Assembly (NCBI GenBank): GCA_951406725.2
Contig: OX597838.1
Location: forward strand, 5,022,001 to 5,086,000
From: Octopus vulgaris
Lineage: Eukaryota
Length of the DNA: 64,000 nt
Reading direction: 5' to 3'
Part shown: positions 54,030-64,000 of the stretch, piece after piece
Position numbering within the stretch: the stretch's first letter is position 1
Layout of the letters: every line of letters starts with the position of its first letter
The notes under the pieces: model-generated
What the model was told of the DNA's origin: nothing
Seen by the model: the letters and a program-made list of their open reading frames with translations, nothing else
Databases searched by the model: none
Position numbers and translations under genes: made by a program

Positions 54030-54450
54030 CTTATGGGGTTCACCATCAATAGCTAAGGAAAATAGTCTAATAGAAGGGCATATAAGCCCATTTATTAGAC
54101 TATTTCTCTTAGTCATTGCACGGTGATCGCCATAATCGTTAACCTTATATAAAAATACCATTATTATTATTTACAGGATTGTAAACTCGGCACCGTATAT
54201 AAGTATATATATGTATGTATGTATATGTGTAGGTATATATGTATGTATGTATATGTGTGTGTATGTGTCTGTGTCTGTGTCTGTGTCTTTCATTCCACCA
54301 TCGCTTGACAACCGATCTTGGTGTGTTTACCTTCCAGTAGCCTAGCCGTTCGCTAAAAGAGACAGATAGGATAAATATCAGGCTTACAAAGAATAAGTTC
54401 AGGGTTCGAATTCTTCGACTAAAAGGCGGTGCTGAAACAAGTAAAAAAAA
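53443..54450 (+). mobile_element. SINE family C split by nested insertions
   Basis: 5' half 53443-53605 and 3' half about 54270-54450. Confidence 0.8.
53650..53942 (-). mobile_element. SINE family B, tail type 1
   Basis: atcacgtgatcacgtgaccgacc...cattgtgcctcca. Confidence 0.9.
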
Positions 54451-54952
54451 AAAAGAGAAGAAAAGATGTACACCTGTCTTTTACCTGTGACTGATTTCTT
54501 GCTTGTTGCCTCGAAGCAGGCTTGATTGCAGTTAAGCATTGCAAATCAGTAAACTGGCCTGTTTCCATGACAATGACTTGTGTGTATCAGTGAGCATCTG
54601 GAATTTTAATTGACGCTGTATAATTGTATATAACGGATTCATTATAGGACAATTGCACATTTACTCAAACGATTCCAAACGTGGCAACGGAGATGTCTAT
54701 ACCTTCATTTCCGAGAGCGTATATGCTTTGTATGTATGTATGTATGTATGTATGTATGTATGTATGTATGTATGTATGTATGTATGTATGCATGATTGTG
54801 TGTATGTATGCTTGCTTATGTAAAGATATTCCCTTGCAAAAAACTATGCGTAGGGGTATTTCTATGTTTAAATGTATTTATCGATATATGTGCGATATAC
54901 ATGTACGATTCTATGATATATTGCATAATGAATATATCCATCCATTTATCTG

Positions 54953-55055
<103 letters not shown>

Positions 55056-55411
55056 ATCTATCTATCTATCTATCTACACACACACACATATATATATGCC
55101 TGTGTGTAAATGTGCTTACTATATACAGACACCCATAAATGTTTACATACGTATATACATAATTAGTGGTAAATATATATGCACTTTAACCCACATATAC
55201 ACACATACACAAACACACGCATACATGCATGTACGCATTTTTACAAATATGCACATATATATATATAAAAATACATGTATATACATACGCATAAGTCCAC
55301 TTGCCTATATACTTATGTACATATATATTTATGCGTGTATATATGAATGTACGCACAAGTATATATATTTCATATATAAAAGTATGTATAAATACACACA
55401 CACATACATAG

Positions 55412-55456
<45 letters not shown>

Positions 55457-55492
55457 GTGTGTGTGTGTGTACATATGTATATATGTATATTC

Positions 55493-55559
<67 letters not shown>

Positions 55560-55566
55560 GTATCTG

Positions 55567-55607
<41 letters not shown>

Positions 55608-56009
55608 GTATATATACATACGCACCTACACATTTGTGAAATCTGTCACAATAGACGTTTATTAAATTTTCAATTACTCGAGCAGATTTGCAAGGAGCGG
55701 TGTGTGAAATGCGTCTCTGACAGGTAAATTGTTTTTCTCACCTTCCCTGCTTCAATTTTCATGTAAAACGAGTGCCGTGTCTCTGCCAATCAAAAACTCG
55801 ACAATCTTAGAACCATTTGCAAGAGAAGCTATCACCAGTTCTTTAGTTTCGAACTGATTGCTTTCATAAATCTGGCCTCTATCATCCTTGACTTTCAGAA
55901 TGATGATGATGATGACGATGATGATGATGATGATGACGATGATGGTGATAATGTTGCTGTTGCTAGTGCTGTTGATGATGATGATGATGATGACGACGAC
56001 GACGACGTA

Positions 56010-56042
<33 letters not shown>

Positions 56043-56189
56043 CATCATCATCATCGTCATTATCATCATCTTTTTGATATTATATAACATATACATGCAT
56101 ATATATGTGTGCGCATGTGTTCATAACTATATGTGTATATATTTCTATATACATGCACACCTACATATATACAAACATACATACATACA

Positions 56190-56259
<70 letters not shown>

Positions 56260-56357
56260 GTTCATATTTTACTTATATGTATATATACACATACATACAT
56301 ATATATATAAATACACAAACACATATATACATACACGAATTAATATAAATACATGCA

Positions 56358-56405
<48 letters not shown>

Positions 56406-56419
56406 CATACATACACAGA

Positions 56420-56468
<49 letters not shown>

Positions 56469-57694
56469 GTATATATGTATATGTTTATATACGTGTCTGT
56501 GTGTATGTGTTGATACATATTTACATTTATTTTATTCAACCTTTCTTTAGCACACGGCCATTGCGCGCCGGCATTGCTGCTTCTTAAAGCTAAATTTTTT
56601 ATTGAAAACATATGACCGATTTTACATGAGTTTCTATATATGAAGACTATTATTTAAACCCATAATCTATCTACCCATTTAACTACCATCTATTCTATAT
56701 TTTTTATACCTAATGTTTCCTTAATTCCGTTGGTTTTGCAGCCCTATTTTACTGTCGGTTTTCTCCTATTATCAGTGCTATGTTAACGAAAAACTATTCG
56801 TCCCTCCTGCATCTTGCAGCTCACCTGCGATGGACCGTCCAAGTGGGGAACCTATACGCCAATGGAACTAGGGACCTGCCCTTATGAGCCAGGCATGGCT
56901 CCAGAAGGAACAAGCAACAACATATATATGAAAAATGCAAAAATAGACGACTGATGAAATTGTTGAACGAAAGAAATTGAAGAATATGTGATATTCGTAT
57001 CCTAAATATTTGGGGACATGATATCTTCAGTACCATATTGGTAAATCAAACAAAGTGAAGAGATCCGTCAAGTGTTAATTAATGCTTCCTTTTTAAAAGG
57101 AACTTGATCGTATTTTGGAGTATGGTACTATGTGCTATGTCCAGAAAGTACTGTGTGCAGAAAATAATATAATCTTGACAGTTTTAAGTTGGTAATTTCT
57201 CAATAAATAATGGTGGAATCTTCTGCAAGTATTCTCTAGTTCAGATCTTTTGTTCGACGGTAAACAAAGTCTGTAACTGAACGTCTGCTTTTGTCTGCAG
57301 GACATATATCTCATCTTATGGAACAAATAGTGTAGGAAGATATTCAATAATATGTCATTGAATTTCATTAAATTTGATATTATCATCCTTTAATTTCGCG
57401 AATATTTTAATTTTGAAGTAGGCAGGCGTCATCTGAACATCTAAATGCGCAAATATTTATGAGAATCTCTTATAAATTGATTATTAATAAACGATATATA
57501 TCATAGTTTTATTCCTTCTTCTCAAAGGAGAATTTAACCCTATGAATTAACATATTAGAACGACACATAAATTGGACAGGGAATAGATTACGCGATTAAT
57601 TAAGGGCATCGTTATTTCTATATGCCTGATACGTAGCTTGATCCCGTGATCACTGACAATGGTGAAAGAGATTCTTTTTATTACTGATGCTCTC

Positions 57695-57992
57695 TCGGTT
57701 GCGGCGACGAGGGTTCCAGTTGATCCCGACCAACAGAAAGGGGCTGCTATTGAAATTAACGTATAAGTGGCTGAGACCTCCACATACACGCGTACCATTC
57801 ACTTAGTACTCAAGAAGATTCCGTGTGTTACAGGATATAACAAATCTGGCCCGTTGAAGTAACAGGTAAGCTCATTTCTCCAGCTCAGTGAACAAGAGTT
57901 ACGGGAAATAAAGTGTCTTGCTGAAGGACACAACGCATTGCCGGGAATCGAACTCGCAATCCTATGATAATGAGCCGAATATTCCTAACCAG
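57695..57992 (-). mobile_element. Older SINE with tail type 2 and a different tRNA head/core
   Basis: The tail resembles B2; the head reads ggttaggaatattcggctc...gagttcgattccc...gtccttcagcaagacac. Confidence 0.7.
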
Positions 57993-59486
57993 AGTATGAA
58001 AGAATACAGATGACTATTTTAATTATAGCTTTTTCGATACTTGTGTCCCATAGGGAAATTATTATTGGTAAGGATTAGGAAAAACCTTACCACATTGAAA
58101 ATTATGAAAATGTCTCTTCTCTCCCGTTAAAGAATCACCTGTTAATTGTTATCAAGTGGCTTAATATGATTGGTGTAAACGCATGCATTACGATATTGTA
58201 AAATTCTACACGTTTTTAAATAAAACTTTACATAGTTCCCTAGTAAGCTTGAAGTGTACCAGACGCAATATTTCAGTCGTCGATTCGTAAACTAAAGTCG
58301 TATTGCACGCTTTAAAGCCTTTGTTTTTATAGATTAACAATTGCTTTATAATTCTATGAAATGGTCAGATGTCTTCTGATAAGATCGTACGATAGGGTTG
58401 GTATTTTTTCGTGAAAATGGTTTTACATTTTAAATTTATACCACACAACAATAACAGGCGATTTCCTGTCACGAATTATCAATGAACAGTGTTTTAAGAA
58501 AAAGTCAAGAATAATGCAAATACATAAAAGACACTGTATTAATTGTTGGCCGTATCAATTGTTAGGGAAACATAATATATTACCGAGTATATTAATGGAT
58601 AATATGTTAATATTTTGTCTTAGCTGTGTGAACAACACGATTCAATCACCTTTTAACGATATCTCTACAGATAGTCTTTAGAAATAACAGCTACCACTGA
58701 AAGCTACAACGTTTCGCATACGAATACGTCTATGTTAAAGCATGCGATAGAAGACGGGAAAATAGGCAATATGTGTATATGAGTATATCAGGAATTATTG
58801 CTTTGTCGTCAGCACCACATGCTACCCATTAACTTTATACGAACACATTACTTAAATAGCCACTAGAAGGTCATTGCTGGAATGATTTTTTAATCACAGT
58901 TTAGTTCTCAGATATAAATCAAGATTTATACATTGGCAAGTATAGCTCTTAAAAGCAAAAAAAAAGTATAGAAAATAAAACAAAGCAGGGATAAGAACTC
59001 TAACTATGCTCGATAATAGTAAAAATTAATTAATAACATTAGTAAGCACATAACACATATTAACTGATGGAGATATATATAACCGTAAAAACCCGATTAT
59101 AAAATAACACATTAGCACCAGGTGTCGTAAAATATAGAACACAATTACTGAGTATTCTGGGAATGGAAGAATATAAATAAAAAAAACTAAATATATGACA
59201 TTGTAGTCGGTTTTGTTCTAACATTACTTTTGAGAAAACATTCGAATGAAATGTGGTGAAATAATTGAAAAAGTCCTGGCCAATAAAACTAGATGTACAT
59301 GTTTTGCGTTCATTAATTATGTGCAGATGTGGTGAGAAGAACACGAAACGTTCAGGAAATTAAGAAGAAAATCTGCATCTATTAACTGGAATCTACTGTA
59401 AACTGAATACGATTTCTCTTATCTATATTTAACCCGATATATATATATACGCATATACATATATAGCTCCACGTGTGTGACTGCGA

Positions 59487-59529
<43 letters not shown>

Positions 59530-59558
59530 GATATATACATATATATATATATATCAAT

Positions 59559-59608
<50 letters not shown>

Positions 59609-59978
59609 CGTATACACACATATATATTAGCTGTGTTAGGTCTGAGCGTGTATGTATGTGTGTGTGTTTGTGTGTGTTGGTGAGTGCATGCGTGTTATAA
59701 CCCCATTGCTTCTGTCGATTGAGTTGTTCCAACAATTATTTTACGCATAAATAAATAAATGAATATTAAAATACATAAACAATGTAATGTTTTATTTTTC
59801 CCCACCTTCGCATTGTATATTATGATAACCCACTGACTTCTTTGTCAATTATGGATGTATCAGCTAAAAAATATATATAAGTACCAATGTAGGGAAAAGT
59901 ATGTGAAATTATTATTAAACCGCATACGAAAATAATCACACACTACCGCAAAGACATAGTGAACACCATCAACGTGTA

Positions 59979-60035
<57 letters not shown>

Positions 60036-60041
60036 GTATAA

Positions 60042-60166
<125 letters not shown>

Positions 60167-60432
60167 TACATGTACACGTCAATGTCCAGGTCTAAATATG
60201 CAAACACAGCTAATACTGGTATATAATTACATACTTATGTCTATCTATCTATCTATCTGTGTATCTATCTATCTATATGTCTACAGGTCTGTCGGTCTCC
60301 TTGTCAGTCTGTCTGTCTACCCGTGTCTCACTGTCATCTCAATTTGCCTAAGCGTGTGGCTATGCGTCTAAGTATGTGTACATGAAACAAGCAAATTCTG
60401 TTTCTCTGACTGTGTAGGTATATGTACATGTG

Positions 60433-60483
<51 letters not shown>

Positions 60484-60659
60484 ACGAATGTATGTAGGTA
60501 TGAATATACATATATATGTAAAGGTGCATTAAATACATATGTATATATATATCCATATGTACGTATATGTATATCTGTATGTATGTATATAAATATATAT
60601 GTGTGTGTATGTATATATTTATTATTATACTTATATATAGCTATCTATCTATCCATCCA

Positions 60660-60752
<93 letters not shown>

Positions 60753-60892
60753 ATGCATATATATATACTCTTATATACTAACACATAGTTGAGTAACTTA
60801 TGCGTGGGCATGCATACGTATTCTTATGCACTTGTAGCTATACGTAGACACATATACAAACATACAAATATGGATACATATATAGATATGTG

Positions 60893-60965
<73 letters not shown>

Positions 60966-61030
60966 GTATATATATACATATATGTATGTATATATATATG
61001 TGTATGTATATATATATATGTATGAATATA

Positions 61031-61074
<44 letters not shown>

Positions 61075-61687
61075 TAATATATATATATATGTGTGTGTAT
61101 ATATATATATATATATACACACATATATATATATACACACACATATATATATACATACACATATATATATATACACACACACATATATATATATACATAT
61201 ATATATATTTATAGGCATAGATACCGCATACATAAATTATTCACAGATTATACGTCCGCAATAATAATACGAACAGTGCACCTCTAAGGGCAACGGAGAT
61301 AAGCGAAAGTTCAGCTTATTACATATGTACACATCTGATGGTCGCTTCCATTGTACCTAAGTACACACTAACACACACACACACATCCAGACCCCCTTGA
61401 ACAATGGCGTCCAGCTGGAGACAATCTAAGCCTAATTGTGTCTATTGGAATATCTAATATAAAGGAGATAGCATTAATTTACTTGCACAGATAAAGAAAA
61501 TACTGGAGCAAATATCAACAAATCAACGAATTTTGGAATTACACCATGGGAACCGATAGTTGTTTCCGTCTAGACGTGGGCAATAATGAGAGTATTACAT
61601 GCATAGATGCTCTCTGAAAATTTTTCTCCTGCACACGCACACACGCATACATGCACGCACACAATCACACACAATCATATATATATG

Positions 61688-61736
<49 letters not shown>

Positions 61737-61763
61737 ACATATATATAACTAAATAAACTTATT

Positions 61764-61800
<37 letters not shown>

Positions 61801-61929
61801 TGAGAGAGAGAGGGGAGAGTGACAGAAATTGTACGTTTATATGTATATACTTATCTATATATTGCTATCAATATACATACATGTATATATGTATATAAAT
61901 ACAAGGACATACAGGCTTGCGTGCGTGCA

Positions 61930-62089
61930 TAGGCATTGCTGCGCGGTAAGAATTTTACTTCGGAACCAAGTGGTTCCGTGTTCAGACTCACTACGTGGCA
62001 TGCACCTTGGGTCAATGGTTACTATATCCCTGAACCGACTGAAGTCATGTGAGTGGACTTGGAAGAGGGAGTCGGGAAGAAAACTGTCG

Positions 62090-62120
<31 letters not shown>

Positions 62121-62300
62121 GCACATATATATGGGTGTCTTTTTCCTTGTGTTTGTCCCCCCCCCACCATCGCTTGACAAACGATGCTGGTGTGCCTAAC
62201 GGTTCGGTAAGTGAGAGTGATAGAATAAATACCAGCCTAATAAAGATTAAGTGCTGGTGTCGATACATTCGAGAAAAAATTCATTAAGGCAGTGCCCCAG
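61930..62300 (+). mobile_element. Old SINE family C copy
   Basis: caccatcgcttgacaa..gatgctggtgtg..aaggcagtgccccagca. Confidence 0.75.
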
Positions 62301-62333
62301 CAACATCCTTACATTGCAGAAAAAATAACCTGC

Positions 62334-62395
62334 GGTTAGTTATGAGACTCGAACTCACATCTGTGTGATGACCGGCCAATTGCTTTACCTTTAAG

Positions 62396-62399
<4 letters not shown>
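62334..62399 (-). pseudogene. tRNA-like relic (pseudogene or SINE head)
   Basis: Minus strand TAGCTTAAAGGTAAAGC (D arm) and GTGAGTTCGAGTCTCAT (T arm). The 5' acceptor strand is replaced by (TA)n and the anticodon stem is unpaired. Confidence 0.5.
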
Positions 62400-62429
<30 letters not shown>

Positions 62430-62653
62430 TGCACTATCGGCTTCATGTGCTCATTGTATGCGATTTGCTTCTTGGCAGTGGTTCATTGTGGTAGTACGCT
62501 TTGGAGACGACTTCCTCAAAGCACTAAGTGGGAGTTGACCCTAAAGCGCTATCCAGCAGCGAACAGGTGAACACACAAAAATCATACATTCAATATGTGC
62601 AGTTGATAATGTTTACAGAACTGGTGCTGCTTCATTTGTAATAGAATAACACA

Positions 62654-62711
<58 letters not shown>

Positions 62712-62713
<2 letters not shown>

Positions 62714-62917
62714 GTGACCGCGTGTGTACCGTTGGCGAATTTTTTTTATTACTCTGTCTTCCCTTCTCTGGATCTTTCCTTCCCCTATGTTTCCGACGTA
62801 GAGCTCCGCTCGAAACTTTAAACCCTCCTTCTTTCCTTCTTTCCTGAGCGTCCAATAATACTATATTTGTTCCACGTCCTCGCGTTGTTGTGTTTTTTTG
62901 TGCTTTCTTGTTTGGAT

Positions 62918-62921
<4 letters not shown>
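62712..62921 (+). mobile_element. Penelope-like terminal fragment with eroded minimal hammerhead
   Basis: gttt-CCGACGTA-GAGC-tcc-GCTC-GAAAC-tt..aaac at 62789-62823; ends at (TA)n. Confidence 0.5.
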
Positions 62922-62983
<62 letters not shown>

Positions 62984-63589
62984 CTCTTATATGCGCATTC
63001 ATGCATACAGGTGCACACACACGCTCACACAATCATGTACATATGCATGTTCTTATTTCTGTAGAGGCACATTTACACACGTGATTTTTTTCGTGTGTGT
63101 GTATGTGATATGTGCACCACGTGCGAGAGATAATGAGGATGCCAACATTTCGATAAAGAACGACCGTATAAGTACACTTAAATTTTATCAGCACAAAAAC
63201 CCCCTGCATTTCATGATCAATTACACTGCTATAATTCAATTGTGTTGGAATAAATATGTCTACTGATGTACTTCCGGTAGTCAAAGGATCATAATTTGCT
63301 CCATTGATTGCTGTGTATGAAGCAAAAAATTGGGGGGAAAAAGAAGAAAGAAAATGAGGAAGACTTGTACAGATTAAGTAGAAGGAGTATAAAATATGAA
63401 AAGGGAAAGAATTTTGTGGTTGATAATTAATGTGGAAAGCGAAATTATCACGTGGTATGATATATTACTGCAGAAAAAAAAGAAAAGAGAAGTAAGTGAT
63501 GGATTACTGGTATGCAGATTGAAGGCCGATATGGGGTTATGAAACACCACTACTACCACAACCGACACGATGGCGCCCCACAGCACCAG

Positions 63590-63945
63590 CCGCCCCTCAC
63601 TACAATCCTAACCACCGACACTACCACTATCGCCACCACTAATACCACCACCACCACGACTACCATCATAACCACTGCTGCCACCGTTACCACTACCGCT
63701 ACCACTAATACCACCACCACAGCCGCCACTACTACCATTACTACACCCATCACCACCACCACCACCACCACCGCACCACAAATACCCTGCAATCAGTATA
63801 GCCACTGGTAGCACAACTACCATCACAACACCCACTAGCCATAGCCAATGCCATCATGACGGCCACCACTATCTCTAGAACTACGACCCATACCACATCC
63901 ATCATCAACACGATCACCACCAATTATACCACCGCCAGCACAACT
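63590..63945. repeat. Degenerate (CAC/TAC)n low-complexity tract
   Basis: Directly visible. Confidence 0.9.
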
Positions 63946-64000
63946 CATTCATTAGAGTCCTATACTACAACAGATACTCTACTGTAAGTCTACAACATCC

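Noticed and set aside
55752-55900. Protein-looking minus peptide LKVKDDRGQIYESNQFETKELVIASL...
   Set aside because: Its upstream end is microsatellite with no acceptor, and no family is recognisable.

Overview
AT-rich eukaryotic DNA saturated with microsatellites. It is most likely octopus (cephalopod) intergenic or intronic sequence, judged from the recurring SINE families and the (TA)n/(TATG)n/(TATC)n density. Almost every ORF in the supplied track is a translated simple repeat. The window holds three abundant tRNA-derived SINE families (called A, B and C here), relics of CR1, RTE, R4/Dong and Penelope-like retroelements, DINE-1/Helentron-like elements and a TA-flanked TIR MITE. One plausible host exon lies on the minus strand (5559-5784). 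The main signals are: (1) type I hammerhead ribozyme motifs in Penelope-like ends, several with long or branched helix II and most next to (TA)n tracts; (2) a candidate P4-less HDV-like ribozyme in an insert within a (TAG)n tract; (3) SINE-A concatemers with a fixed 184-bp period and identical junction at several loci; (4) modular tail swapping in SINE-B; (5) fold-back structures able to form long dsRNA. All calls were made by eye, without database searches.
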